Numbered from the stretch's first letter, positions 29,600 to 39,849 are shown. The stretch is DNA of 64,000 bases from Promethearchaeati archaeon (GCA_019058495.1 JAHPYV010000001.1:38254-102253); one strand, 5' to 3'. The notes: a model not told the origin generated them from the letters alone. Numbers and translations: made by a program.

Positions 29600-29854
29600 C
29601 TATCTCTCGGTTTCGCTGGATGAAGCTGTTACATCGGGCTTTATAAAGAGGATATTATTACCCCTAATGAAAACCTCTCCAAATCTGGCAGTATGTTCAT
29701 CATTTTCAATTTCTTCTGCCCCGCTAAGAACCAAGTTCATGTAATTGTCCATCTCGATCAATCTTCCTTTATATTCGCGCCCATCCTTCAATTTCACTAG
29801 CACAATGTTGTTTATCGATCGCAGAAGAAGTTTCAAGGGTTGTCTTTCGGCCAT
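29600..29854 (-). CDS. Sm-like (LSm/SmAP) protein
   Basis: Sm1 VLVKLKDGREYKGRLIEMDNYMNLVL and Sm2 VFIRGNNILFI. Confidence 0.9.
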   Translation of the reverse strand: MAERQPLKLLLRSINNIVLVKLKDGREYKGRLIEMDNYMNLVLSGAEEIENDEHTARFGEVFIRGNNILFIKPDVTASSSETER

Positions 29855-29936
29855 AAATTCATCCCCAGGGTACCTTTTCGTCTTCTGTTTCTATCTCTTT
29901 CATGAAAACCTTGCACCTAGTAAGGCGTTCAAATCC

Positions 29937-30509
29937 TTAAATAAGTTTAGTTGCGTTAATGCCAATATCCTCTTCATTGCCATCCCATTCTGATACCACT
30001 CTTAACCTGGGCGTGGTTGAAGCTATCAATCTCCTCAAATCCGATAGACCATATTTCTTTTTCAGACATGTTAGAGCTATTGCACCACCAGCACGCGCAA
30101 CACGTGCAATTTCACTTATAGTAGCTTGAGGATCAGACATGTTTTGGAGAAGTGAGACTGAGGTAACCTTGGTGAAGATACTGTTGCGGAATGGCAATGA
30201 ATCGGCGTCAGCCCTAATTAGGTCTCCTTTTATGACTCTTCTCTTCAGATCTCTTGATGCCACATGGATCATTTCTGTTGAAATATCAACGCCGACGATG
30301 CGATCCACTTTGTCACCTATGAGGGAGAGAAATAAACCAGTCCCGCATCCCACATCAAGCATAACATCTCTTTTTTCAAACAATCCAATTATGTATCTGT
30401 ATTTCTCAGATTGGATTTCTCGATAGCGCTTGTTGTATTTTGCGGCTGTCGTGTCATAAAGTTCTATTAATTCACGCTTCCTCATTGCCTTCTGATTCTC
30501 CTCTGCCAA
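29937..30509 (-). CDS. Class I SAM-dependent methyltransferase
   Basis: Motif I VMLDVGCGTG; about 190 aa. Confidence 0.75.
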   Translation of the reverse strand: MAEENQKAMRKRELIELYDTTAAKYNKRYREIQSEKYRYIIGLFEKRDVMLDVGCGTGLFLSLIGDKVDRIVGVDISTEMIHVASRDLKRRVIKGDLIRADADSLPFRNSIFTKVTSVSLLQNMSDPQATISEIARVARAGGAIALTCLKKKYGLSDLRRLIASTTPRLRVVSEWDGNEEDIGINATKLI

Positions 30510-30543
30510 TTGCTTTCTGCCTTGCCTTTCAATTATGCAAGAA

Positions 30544-31365
30544 TCAGAAATAGTCCTTAATCTCTTTCGCCTCGTTCTTTTCTACTTCACGAAGCATCTC
30601 AGAGCATTTCTTCGGACTGAGTCTCTTGAACCCCAGATTTAGAGAAGCAAGAGCCCTTTCGGCTCCCCTGGCCAAACTTTCTGCGACGAGGATCCCTCGA
30701 GTATTGGGATTCTCCTTTCTGAATACTTCAACGTATCTCGCCAGCTGCATTACAGCCTCTCTTGTTGCCCTGCCTCTCTTTATTTCTATGATTGTGTAAT
30801 TTCCGTCCTTATCTCTGCCCAGAATGTCCACAAATCCAGTTGGCATCTCTTTTTCTGATGTTATGGGGGCAAAACCATCTTCGATTAAGCTGGGTCTGTG
30901 CAGAATTGCTTTTTGCATGTCTGACTCAGAGGCGTATAAACAAATCTTGCTTTCATCTATAAGATCAAGCACGCATGTCAAGTAGATACGATCGAAAGAG
31001 ATCTTGACGGACTCAAGAGGCTTCATTCTCACAGCTGTGATCTCTAACCTATCTTCTGAGGTTTTCTCGACTCTGAAATTACATCCCGCTGGCTGCCAAT
31101 TCACTGCACGGTATCCGCAGCTTCGGTGTATAAGCAGAGCCTTGTCTTTGGTTATGATTACTATTCTTTCGCCACTTCCAAGAGTAGAAGAAGCCCGCCC
31201 TTTATAGAGAATTTCACATACTCCGACTATTAGTATAGCTTCGGATCTTTCCAAGGCTTCATGAATGAGTTTTCTTGAATCACTTGCCGACGGATGGATA
31301 CTTGCTTTTACAGGTTCTTTTGCTTTCAAATTGTTCCCGAACCTCGCCAACTGATCCTTCACCAT
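30544..31365 (-). CDS. nucS: Endonuclease NucS/EndoMS
   Basis: NucS-sized protein (273 aa) with RAVNWQPAG in the N-domain and the RecB-like core DILGRDKDGNYTIIEIKRGRATREAVMQLARY. Confidence 0.8.
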   Translation of the reverse strand: MVKDQLARFGNNLKAKEPVKASIHPSASDSRKLIHEALERSEAILIVGVCEILYKGRASSTLGSGERIVIITKDKALLIHRSCGYRAVNWQPAGCNFRVEKTSEDRLEITAVRMKPLESVKISFDRIYLTCVLDLIDESKICLYASESDMQKAILHRPSLIEDGFAPITSEKEMPTGFVDILGRDKDGNYTIIEIKRGRATREAVMQLARYVEVFRKENPNTRGILVAESLARGAERALASLNLGFKRLSPKKCSEMLREVEKNEAKEIKDYF

Positions 31366-31452
31366 TCACAAAGAAATCAGACGCAAGAGCACTAGATCCT
31401 GAGACGATCGAAATGCAATAGGGCGACTAGACTACCTTCTCGTGTTCCACGC

Positions 31453-32565
31453 TTAATAGCCATTAGATGGTCTACCTAAGGGATAAGTATAGATGTGACT
31501 AATTAGCTGATCATTTGATAAAAGCAATTTCTTACCAACAGATGACCTTAGTAGAATTCCCCCCACTCTATCTAAGGCAGTAGAACCACGTTCAATCCTC
31601 AAAACTCCTCCCCTAGTTATGCCTTCTATACGGCTCTTCAACATCTGGGCTTTTTCTCTGATAATGTCAATTCCACTTCCGCTAATAACAAAAAAGGAAG
31701 TGGCTACCCACATTTGACCGTGTTCAACCCCATCTATCAAAACATTTTCATCATAGATTCTGTGTGCCTTAAGACTAATCACGTAGGTCACGTAGATTCC
31801 TGGATCTCTGATTATCGAGATGATTTTCCTCAGATCCACCATTCCAATGGATCCATCAGTAGCTGTTAGCAGAAGAAATGCAGACGATTCAACGGCTCTC
31901 TCGTCGCGTCTGAGCACGACGTTGGCTCCACTGGAAAGAACCTCAAAAGCTCCTCCGATTATATTTAGGAATGCGTTCCTAAGCTGTTCTCCTTCGAGCA
32001 TTTCTGCTCGGGCGTTCGTTCCATGAAGATCTCTAACGATCCTTAATAACCTCTCTGCTGATGCTTCCGCTTTCTGACAGGCCTCAGCTATTGTCTTGGC
32101 GCACCCTGTGGTTAAATATCGAATTGATCTTGCTTTGCTGTCAACTTCAACACTGAAGGATGTCACATGTTCTGCTAGTATCGTAGTTGCCTTGTGTATT
32201 TTGGCCTTGTCCTCTTCTGAATTGCTCCCACTTAGGATACTACCACTCACCTTCAATTCTATAACCGATAGAGCAAGGAATTTTCTCTTCTTGCAGTCGG
32301 ATAAGGTTATGCTCGTTCGATTTATCCTCAACGTAGATACGCTGAATTGGGAATCTTCGCTGTATAGAAACCGCTCTGCGAGTAGGATGCCCACAAAAAC
32401 CGTTATGGCGAGATTTGTGCTACCAAAACTCAAGGATGCTATGGAAATCAGGGGGACAAAGACTATCAAAACAACATATATCATGTTCTTCGAGACACTT
32501 AAATTGCCGAAGATTCTTCTGACAGGACTCAACGCTCTACCCCAGCCAATAAACGGAAGAAACAA
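31453..32565 (-). CDS. Hypothetical membrane-anchored protein (two N-terminal TM helices, about 290-aa soluble domain)
   Basis: 370-aa ORF with coding-like composition and a hydrophobic N-terminus (IYVVLIVFVPLISIASL, LAITVFVGILLA). I recognise no motif. Confidence 0.5.
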   Translation of the reverse strand: MFLPFIGWGRALSPVRRIFGNLSVSKNMIYVVLIVFVPLISIASLSFGSTNLAITVFVGILLAERFLYSEDSQFSVSTLRINRTSITLSDCKKRKFLALSVIELKVSGSILSGSNSEEDKAKIHKATTILAEHVTSFSVEVDSKARSIRYLTTGCAKTIAEACQKAEASAERLLRIVRDLHGTNARAEMLEGEQLRNAFLNIIGGAFEVLSSGANVVLRRDERAVESSAFLLLTATDGSIGMVDLRKIISIIRDPGIYVTYVISLKAHRIYDENVLIDGVEHGQMWVATSFFVISGSGIDIIREKAQMLKSRIEGITRGGVLRIERGSTALDRVGGILLRSSVGKKLLLSNDQLISHIYTYPLGRPSNGY

Positions 32566-32686
32566 GGTTTACTATGGTAATGTGATTGGTCACTCTATTT
32601 AAGTCGCCCGCAACTGCAGTGAGAAGTAATTCCGTGGAAAACTCTGTCTCCGAATGTTCGAAAATTAATCAGTTTCGCAAGATTAC

Positions 32687-34252
32687 CTAGACAAACTTCT
32701 CGCCATAGGATCGCTGAAGCAGGTCCACTACGTTGCTCACTTTAGTAGGTATTCCAAGCGTCTGGAGTATATCTTGCACCTGAACTGTACAAAACGGGCA
32801 TGAGGTGACACAGACATCAGCTTCTGTTTCTCTTACTGATTCAGCTTTTCTCCTTGCTATCATCATTGAAAGGGGTCTCCTACCCGCTCTCACTCCACCT
32901 CCACTACCACAACACCTGTCTGCATCTTTCATCTCGATCATTTCTACACCTGGGATCATTTGAAGTAATTCCCTTGGCTCTGTCTTTATCCCTTGACCCC
33001 TGTTCAAGTGACATGGATCATGATACGTTACACGTAGATCTAACCTGTTTCTTGGCTTCACTATTCTCTTTGGACCTAGTTCATTGATTAGATACTCATT
33101 GATGTCATAAACCTTGAACTTAGCCTTTCTGCCGAGCTCCTCGTGAAGAATCTCGTTGAAGTTGGTTTTAAGGGTGAGGCCACAACCAGCACATCCTACT
33201 ACCACTTTGCCAACGCCGAGTTTCTCAAAGACTTCAGTATTCTGGAGGATTCGTCTCTTGGCAACATCTACTGCACCAGTCCTCAGCGCGGGAGAACCAC
33301 AACACACCTGCTTCTTAGGTAGGTGCACTTCAACATTGTTTGCAGCTAAGGTATTGATCAATGCTTTGCCCGTATCCTGCATTCTCAAATCGAGCAGGCA
33401 CCCTGTGAAAAACGCTACACTATCGACTGGATCACTAACTCTTACGACGTCGGGTACTTGTTCAAGTAGCGGAGTGTCTTTCCTTGCAACAGACTTCCCT
33501 GTCTCGTCTACCAACCGAACAAAGTCCATGTGACCCGAAAGCGGACCTAGTCCCTCCTTCACGGCAAAGTACCTCAGCTTCTCAATTGCCTTGGCGGGTA
33601 TGTCTATCTCCTTAGGGCACGCTTCTACACATGCTTTGCATGTTGTGCAATCATACAATCCATCTGCAACCGCCATCTTGACGCGATCCTCCACGTCACG
33701 CGGATCAGACTTCAACCTAGCAAGTTGCCTCATTGGTAGAGGACCTGCAAACTCCTGCCAAGCATCAGCGATCACTGGGCATGCACTTATACACGCCCAA
33801 CATTCTATACACTTCCTGAGCTCTCTTGTCGATTCTATATCGCTCCTCATGATGATTTCCGGTCTTCCTGGGGGCGTGACTCTCTCAACAAATGGTCTAA
33901 TTCTCATCAAACGACGCGTCCCTCGCCCAATGTCTGTGACGAGGTCTTTTATCACATCAAAATGGAGAAGTGGTGAGACTGTAATGCTCTTCCCTTCCTT
34001 TACCAGCGTACGACAAGCTGCACAAGGTTTTGAATCTACAAGAACAGCACAGGATCCACATGACCCTTGCCTACATGATTTTCGATATGCCAGCGTTGAA
34101 TCAAGGTTCTCATAGACATAATCCAATGCATCGAGCACAGTCATCCCATCTGAGTATGGCACTCTATAACTCTGATACCTCAGTGCGTCGTCTTTTCTGG
34201 GATCATAACGCGATATCTTCAATTCGACTTCTTTGGCACTCAATAGAATCAC
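32687..34252 (-). CDS. tfrB: Fumarate reductase Fe-S subunit fused to an HdrB/GlcF-like double CCG domain (TfrB-like)
   Basis: 2Fe-2S CRQGSCGSCAV, two ferredoxin motifs CIECWACISACP and CTTCKACVEACP, then two CCG-domain motifs (QVCCGSP; DRCCGSGGG). 521 aa. Confidence 0.75.
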   Translation of the reverse strand: MILLSAKEVELKISRYDPRKDDALRYQSYRVPYSDGMTVLDALDYVYENLDSTLAYRKSCRQGSCGSCAVLVDSKPCAACRTLVKEGKSITVSPLLHFDVIKDLVTDIGRGTRRLMRIRPFVERVTPPGRPEIIMRSDIESTRELRKCIECWACISACPVIADAWQEFAGPLPMRQLARLKSDPRDVEDRVKMAVADGLYDCTTCKACVEACPKEIDIPAKAIEKLRYFAVKEGLGPLSGHMDFVRLVDETGKSVARKDTPLLEQVPDVVRVSDPVDSVAFFTGCLLDLRMQDTGKALINTLAANNVEVHLPKKQVCCGSPALRTGAVDVAKRRILQNTEVFEKLGVGKVVVGCAGCGLTLKTNFNEILHEELGRKAKFKVYDINEYLINELGPKRIVKPRNRLDLRVTYHDPCHLNRGQGIKTEPRELLQMIPGVEMIEMKDADRCCGSGGGVRAGRRPLSMMIARRKAESVRETEADVCVTSCPFCTVQVQDILQTLGIPTKVSNVVDLLQRSYGEKFV

Positions 34253-34458
34253 CTATTAAAATCTCTGATAAGAACTCAATCACCCTTTCATAACTCCCTC
34301 AGGCTATAATCTTTGCGAGCATCAGCAAATGTTTCTCAATTGAGTTATGACACATCACTAAATCAACCTTTATTACTTTTTTATGTTATCTCTATTTGTA
34401 TAAAACAAGAAAAGAACCAACATTGGTCACGTGCTTGAGAAAAGCCTCTTCCAACCCT

Positions 34459-36159
34459 CTAAATTGGAACTTTCAACTTCGTAATTATGACAGGTTCAGT
34501 CCAGAGTTTCATAGTCTTGCCTTCCTTTGTTATATGTATATTAACCGACCAGTTCTTGTTATCGGTCTTATTGAAGTCTTTTCTGTAGTGGGCGCCTCGA
34601 CTTTCCTGTCGCATTAATGCTGATCTAGCTATCATCTCTGAGGTCAACAGCATATTGGGTACCTCAAGTGATTCTATCCACTCCTTGTTGTAGCTTGGGT
34701 TCTTATCTTGTGTTGCTATCCGTGATGCTTCGTTCCTCATTCTAACGATTTCGTCCACGGCTTTGCTAAGACTGGCGCCGCTGCGAAAGATCCCAACGTT
34801 ATCCCACATGAGTCTCTGTAATCTCTTTCTCAACTCAATAGAGCTTAATCCTTCTTTTCTGTCAAGAGAAGCGTAAGCTTCCGCATAGGCTTGATCAACC
34901 TCGAACTTGCTAAGGCTCGGACTCTGCGAGAGAGACTTGGCCAGCGTGGCGGCATTTTCCCCCGCGATTCTGCCGAACACTTGAGTATCAGCAAGGGCAT
35001 TGCCTCCCAGCCTGTTCCCACCATGGACCCCACCCGTTACCTCGCCAGCCGCGAATACTCTCTTAATAGTGGTCTCAGCTCTTTCGTTAATACTTAACCC
35101 GCCCATCAAATGATGGGCCGTCGGACTAACCTCCATCGGTTCCTCCCTTATGTCTATACCTATCTTGAGGAACAGTTCTAACATTGATTCAAGTCTTTCT
35201 TCTATTATGATTGAAGGAAGATGAGATATGTCAAGGAACACCCCACCGTGCTTGGTTCCCCTTCCCTCTATGATCTCATTCGCAATACTTCTAGCCACTT
35301 CGTCTCTTCCTGCAACCTCCATAAGCTTTGGATTATAGTTTTTCATGAAACGTTCTCCAAGCGAATTGTATAGAATACCACCCTCCCCTCGAACAGCTTC
35401 TGTTACAAGAGTTCCTCTCGCGGATTCGGGGTATACTATTCCCGTAGGATGAAACTGGAACTGTTCCATGTCGACGAGCTGCGCTCCACTGTTAAATCCG
35501 AGCGCGTACCCGTCTCCAGTATCCTGTGCGGCGTTAGTGGTTATGGAGTAGATTCTCCCTGTTCCCCCTGTTGCCAAGACTGTCGACTTAGATCTGAGGA
35601 CGACAAGGTCTCCATTTTTAATTTTGAGCGCGGCAGCCCCCACAACCGCTCCATTATTCATTAGAAGATGGGATACAAAGATTTCGTCCATGACCGTTAT
35701 GTCTCTTCTTCTGACTTCCTCAACTAGGGTCGCCATCATTTCATGACCTGTTCTGTCACTGGCATAACATGTTCTTCGGTAAGTCTGTTTTCCAAATAAC
35801 CTTTGTGCAATCTTCCCTTCAGCAGTCCTATCGAATAGCCCCCCGAAGTTCTCCAGATCAAGAATACGCTCACAGGCGTCTTTCACAAGTATCTCCACTA
35901 CACGCTGATTGTTTAGGTAGGCCCCGCCCTCGACCGTGTCTTTGAAATGGATGTCAGGATTGTCTGCAGGATCAACATTGCCTAGAGCAGCATTATAGCC
36001 GCCTTCAGCCATAATTGTGTGAGCTTTGCCAAAGAGCTCCTTACTGAGTAGAGTCACCGAGACGTTATGATTGGAGGACTCTATGGCAGCCCTGCATCCT
36101 GCTCCTCCCGCACCTACAACCAAGACGTCTGTGTCAATAGTTTCATATCTTTCTACCAC
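34459..36159 (-). CDS. tfrA: Fumarate reductase/succinate dehydrogenase flavoprotein subunit (TfrA/SdhA-like)
   Basis: FAD motif VLVVGAGGAGCRAA, HPTG, and RGAHYR near the C-terminus. Confidence 0.85.
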   Translation of the reverse strand: MVERYETIDTDVLVVGAGGAGCRAAIESSNHNVSVTLLSKELFGKAHTIMAEGGYNAALGNVDPADNPDIHFKDTVEGGAYLNNQRVVEILVKDACERILDLENFGGLFDRTAEGKIAQRLFGKQTYRRTCYASDRTGHEMMATLVEEVRRRDITVMDEIFVSHLLMNNGAVVGAAALKIKNGDLVVLRSKSTVLATGGTGRIYSITTNAAQDTGDGYALGFNSGAQLVDMEQFQFHPTGIVYPESARGTLVTEAVRGEGGILYNSLGERFMKNYNPKLMEVAGRDEVARSIANEIIEGRGTKHGGVFLDISHLPSIIIEERLESMLELFLKIGIDIREEPMEVSPTAHHLMGGLSINERAETTIKRVFAAGEVTGGVHGGNRLGGNALADTQVFGRIAGENAATLAKSLSQSPSLSKFEVDQAYAEAYASLDRKEGLSSIELRKRLQRLMWDNVGIFRSGASLSKAVDEIVRMRNEASRIATQDKNPSYNKEWIESLEVPNMLLTSEMIARSALMRQESRGAHYRKDFNKTDNKNWSVNIHITKEGKTMKLWTEPVIITKLKVPI

Positions 36160-36224
36160 TTCGTATCGCCTTCATTTTGACTGACTGTTCATATCGGAAA
36201 GAGTTTTTCTTTCCGATATCTGAA

Positions 36225-36830
36225 TCAAATTTTTAGTCCGATTTTCTCATATATATGTTGAATGTTGTTATGGACGTCGCGGGCAACCTGTTCATGCAGA
36301 CTATTGCCTTTACTGTCTATTGTGACGACAACTGGACCAAATCGCTCAACCTCAAAGATCCACATCGCCTCAGCCATTCCCAAGTCTGACCATTCAACTC
36401 CTTTTACCCTCTTTATGCCTTTCTTTGCAAGTAACGCTGCCCCACCAGTGAAGGAACAGTAGACTGCACCGAATTTCTCGCATGCTTTAACGGTTTTCTC
36501 GCCCATTCCGCCTTTGCCTATTATCATTCTGATACCAAACTTCTGAATGAACTGATCTTCATACATATCCATTCTAGTGCTTGTTGTAGGACCAGCTGCA
36601 ACAACGGTTTTCTCGCCTCTTCTGTCGGCAACTATCGGGCCGCAATGATAGAGAGCTAAGCCTTGAAGTGAAAGCGGAAGAATCTTTCCTTCCTTGTCAT
36701 ATTGCAGAGCTCTTTTATGAGCCTGGTCTCTTGCAGTTACAAGAATCCCAGAAAGAAACACCGAATCGCCAATATTCAACTTATTAACATCGTTTTTGGA
36801 TAGTGGTGTCTTCAATTCAAAACTGGCCAA
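36225..36830 (-). CDS. Class I (Fe-S) fumarate hydratase/tartrate dehydratase beta subunit
   Basis: GILVTARDQAHKR ... IGKGGMG pattern of the beta-type catalytic domain; 201 aa. Confidence 0.8.
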   Translation of the reverse strand: MASFELKTPLSKNDVNKLNIGDSVFLSGILVTARDQAHKRALQYDKEGKILPLSLQGLALYHCGPIVADRRGEKTVVAAGPTTSTRMDMYEDQFIQKFGIRMIIGKGGMGEKTVKACEKFGAVYCSFTGGAALLAKKGIKRVKGVEWSDLGMAEAMWIFEVERFGPVVVTIDSKGNSLHEQVARDVHNNIQHIYEKIGLKI

Positions 36831-36839
36831 GATGCCTTC

Positions 36840-37727
36840 TCACCTCCTAAAGCTGTGCGTAAGATAAGTGACGATACCATCATTGCTTACCCGGGCAGAG
36901 GATTTTCTGGCTGCCCAGCATTGAATAGCGCATGCAACAGGCAAGGAAGCTGTGTGACAGTATGAATGAAGTATTTTGACCCCCAGTGCCGTATATTTAC
37001 CACCAAGGCCTTGAGGACCGATCCCAGTCTCGTTAATCAGTTTGAGAAGTTCGCGTTCAAGCGAGGCAATCTCCTGATCTGGATTCTGCTCATCTAATGG
37101 ACCTATCAGGGATCTCTTCGCAAGGCTCATGACGACGTCAGCAGTTCCACCAATTCCTACGCCTACAATAATAGGGGGACATGGCTGTCCTCCAGCCTCG
37201 ACAACGGTGTCGACAACAAATTTCTTGACGCCCAATACACCTTCGCCAGGCTTCAACATCTTAAAGGCGCACATGTTTTCACTGCCTGCACCTTTCGGGA
37301 AAGCAGTAATCTCAACAAAGTCAATGTTCTTGTCAAGTTCCCACTCAATGTGAGGAACTCTCAAACCGGTATTGTCTCCCGAATTTGCACGACTTAATGG
37401 ATGAACAACATTGGGTCGCAATGGGATCTCAATAGTTGCCCGTCTCAGAGCTCTTATCAGAGACTCTTCGATAAAGTCAGTTCCCAGGAATTTGCATCCG
37501 ACTCTAACGTAAAATGAGATAATTCCAGTGTCCTGGCACATGGGCAACTTTAGATTCTCAGCCAAGTCAATATTCTCCAGAATTGCCTTCAGCTGGGTTT
37601 TGCCGATCTCGCTCTGCTCTTCATCGTAAGCCTTTTTAATCTTACTCTGAACATCTTCCGGAAGCTCGGTGACAGCGAGAGATATCAACCTAAAACCAAC
37701 ACCTTCGATTAGTTCCGAGAAATCCAT
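36840..37727 (-). CDS. Class I (Fe-S) fumarate hydratase/tartrate dehydratase alpha subunit
   Basis: PMCQDTG, CPPIIVGVGIGGT and GPQGLGG motifs; 295 aa. Lies directly upstream of the beta subunit. Confidence 0.8.
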   Translation of the reverse strand: MDFSELIEGVGFRLISLAVTELPEDVQSKIKKAYDEEQSEIGKTQLKAILENIDLAENLKLPMCQDTGIISFYVRVGCKFLGTDFIEESLIRALRRATIEIPLRPNVVHPLSRANSGDNTGLRVPHIEWELDKNIDFVEITAFPKGAGSENMCAFKMLKPGEGVLGVKKFVVDTVVEAGGQPCPPIIVGVGIGGTADVVMSLAKRSLIGPLDEQNPDQEIASLERELLKLINETGIGPQGLGGKYTALGVKILHSYCHTASLPVACAIQCWAARKSSARVSNDGIVTYLTHSFRR

Positions 37728-37893
37728 CTAGTCTCACCATTCCAAGATCATTACTGTTGATTCAGATAACGGATTATTCACAGACTTATAAATTATGGTT
37801 TGCTTACTACCTAATACTAGGCACAGGGGCCCGTCTGAGAAAACAGGAACGGAAGAGTCTTTGATGGAACATATGTTCAGTAACAATAGAAGA

Positions 37894-38538
37894 ATGAGGA
37901 GAATCTACTTCATAATAGAACACCTTGAACCTGTTCTCGGAAAATGGATCTGGTTGGAGTACCGACATGTCTCCAGCATGGTAGGACGCCAAAATCTTCT
38001 CTTCACCAATGTAAGGAAAAGGAATGAGGCATCGAAGCTGAAGGAAATCGGGAATGTGGCAAGGAAAAGTATAGTAGACCTACCAAGAAGTGAAAACGAA
38101 ACCATAATTATCCTTGATCCTCTGGCTACTAACTCATTGTCGCCCGGAGATTTCTCTGACAACGCATCTCTCATTGTCGGTGGAATCTTGGGGGATCACC
38201 CACCTAGGGGAAGAACAAAGCTTGCCCTAACTGACAGAATACCACACTGGTTAAGCCGCAATCTCGGGCCTCATCAATTCTCAGTAGATGGAGCAGTTCA
38301 CATCGCGTTGGAGGTTTCGTCAGGAAAATCAATTGCTGATATACCAGTAGAAATAGGAGTTGAAGTAAAAGTCAGCAAGCGGCAATCAAGTTTTCTCCCA
38401 TTCGCCTACCCGCTGGTCAGAGGAAGGCCACTGCTGGCGCCTGGGCTGACAGGGTACTTGAGAAAAGGGGTATTTAAAGATGAAGAAATACTATTCAGAA
38501 CAGGAAGGGCTCAATCGGTTGCGCAGAAACGTTCTTAG
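37894..38538 (+). CDS. DUF431/Sfm1-like SPOUT methyltransferase
   Basis: YFIIEHLEPVLGKWIWLEYRH ... IVGGILGDHPPRGRTK ... LGPHQFSVDGAV aligns by eye with yeast Sfm1 (YIIEHME..SEW..LEY; FGGILGDHPPRDRT; LG..QMTTDTA). I prefer ATG 37894 over the track start 37795. Confidence 0.7.
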   Translation: MRRIYFIIEHLEPVLGKWIWLEYRHVSSMVGRQNLLFTNVRKRNEASKLKEIGNVARKSIVDLPRSENETIIILDPLATNSLSPGDFSDNASLIVGGILGDHPPRGRTKLALTDRIPHWLSRNLGPHQFSVDGAVHIALEVSSGKSIADIPVEIGVEVKVSKRQSSFLPFAYPLVRGRPLLAPGLTGYLRKGVFKDEEILFRTGRAQSVAQKRS

Positions 38539-39266
38539 AGACCTCCTCCAGGCATCACAGTAATCCCCCTTGAACTTACTTCAAATGGATATCTCCTCAG
38601 AGAGTGCGAACTAGCTCTAAGTTTCTGGGCTACAAGAGATCTTCTTAATTCCCCGTCTTCCTCCCTGAGGTAGAGCATAATTACTCCTTGAGCAACGTAT
38701 TCTTCTACTCCAAACCTTGATGTCTGACCAGATTCATATGGCATTTCACTGGTCATCACAGAAGTAACGTTCAATTCTCTCAGCAAAGTTGACAGTTTAT
38801 AGATGGAGGTTCTTATTGCTGTACTGTCCTCGAACTTGATCCCAATTGCGGAAAGCGAGTCAATGGCAACTCTCTGAGCATCAACCTTGCGTGTAGCCCT
38901 GTAGATCTCCTGCGCAAGTATATTCATGTCAAGATCGCGATGAATAGCATAAGCCTCGTCTGATGGTATGCTCGCCTTACTCGATGCTGCGTCTATGATG
39001 ACTAGCTTGTTCTTCTCTTCGAGCGCTCTGAGATCCCAGTTGAACTGCTTAGCCTCTAACCTGAGCTCTTTGGGTCTTTCTTCAAATGTAACAAAAACGC
39101 CTGGTTCATTGTAAATTGTTGCACCATTGTACAAATATTGGGTGCAGAAGATTGTCTTTCCAGTACCTGTACCGCCTAGGACAAGAATGTTCGTTCCCTT
39201 GATGAACCCGCCATGAAGTATGCTATCAAGTCCGGGTATCCCTGTGCTAACCCGTGTCGCTGACAA
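38535..39266 (-). CDS. Single-domain KaiC/RadA-like RecA-superfamily ATPase (COG0467)
   Basis: STGIPGLDSILHGGFIKGTNILVLGGTGTGKT Walker A context. About 243 aa. Confidence 0.8.
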   Translation of the reverse strand: MSATRVSTGIPGLDSILHGGFIKGTNILVLGGTGTGKTIFCTQYLYNGATIYNEPGVFVTFEERPKELRLEAKQFNWDLRALEEKNKLVIIDAASSKASIPSDEAYAIHRDLDMNILAQEIYRATRKVDAQRVAIDSLSAIGIKFEDSTAIRTSIYKLSTLLRELNVTSVMTSEMPYESGQTSRFGVEEYVAQGVIMLYLREEDGELRRSLVAQKLRASSHSLRRYPFEVSSRGITVMPGGGL

Positions 39267-39297
39267 TCTTTCTCCTCTCCGTCACAGTTGTGAACTC

Positions 39298-39849
39298 TCA
39301 AATTGCCTTGACAACTTCCTCTTGAACCTTCGCCTGTTCCACGGAGCTCTTGTCCAAAACCTCTTTGAATCCTTCGGTTGGAGGACCCACTAACTCTTCG
39401 CCCTTAATCAGCTTTGAGATCCTCCATACATTTAGGTCGAGTACATCAGGATCACTTCTTAGTCTTGAGAGAATTCTGTCCAGCTCGAAGTTGTTGCGAG
39501 CTACAACCAATGCGTAGATAGATGTTCCTCCTTCACCGGATGCCAACAGACGTATGCTGGAGTTATTGCGCAATGAACCGGTTATTTCCTCTGCTCTCTT
39601 TATGCTTATGCTAGGAATGATATGGCCGCCAACACTTATTCTGACAAGTGCAAAAGTCTCGTATCCTAAACTTGACGGAGGTATAGAAACTGTGAAAGCT
39701 TTGATCACATTGTTTTCTCTTAGCTTTCTTACTCGGAAATGGACAGTTGTGTCGGGAACCTTGAGAATATCGGAGATCTTTGTGAACGGAACACGAGAAT
39801 CCTCCTGAAGTATTGCTATAATCTTTTTGTCTAACTCATCTAGTTCCAC
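39298..39849 (-). CDS. Lrp/AsnC-family transcriptional regulator with C-terminal extension
   Basis: LDELDKKIIAILQEDSRVPFTKISDILKVPDTTVHFRVRKLRENNVI HTH region followed by a RAM-like domain. Confidence 0.8.
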   Translation of the reverse strand: MELDELDKKIIAILQEDSRVPFTKISDILKVPDTTVHFRVRKLRENNVIKAFTVSIPPSSLGYETFALVRISVGGHIIPSISIKRAEEITGSLRNNSSIRLLASGEGGTSIYALVVARNNFELDRILSRLRSDPDVLDLNVWRISKLIKGEELVGPPTEGFKEVLDKSSVEQAKVQEEVVKAI

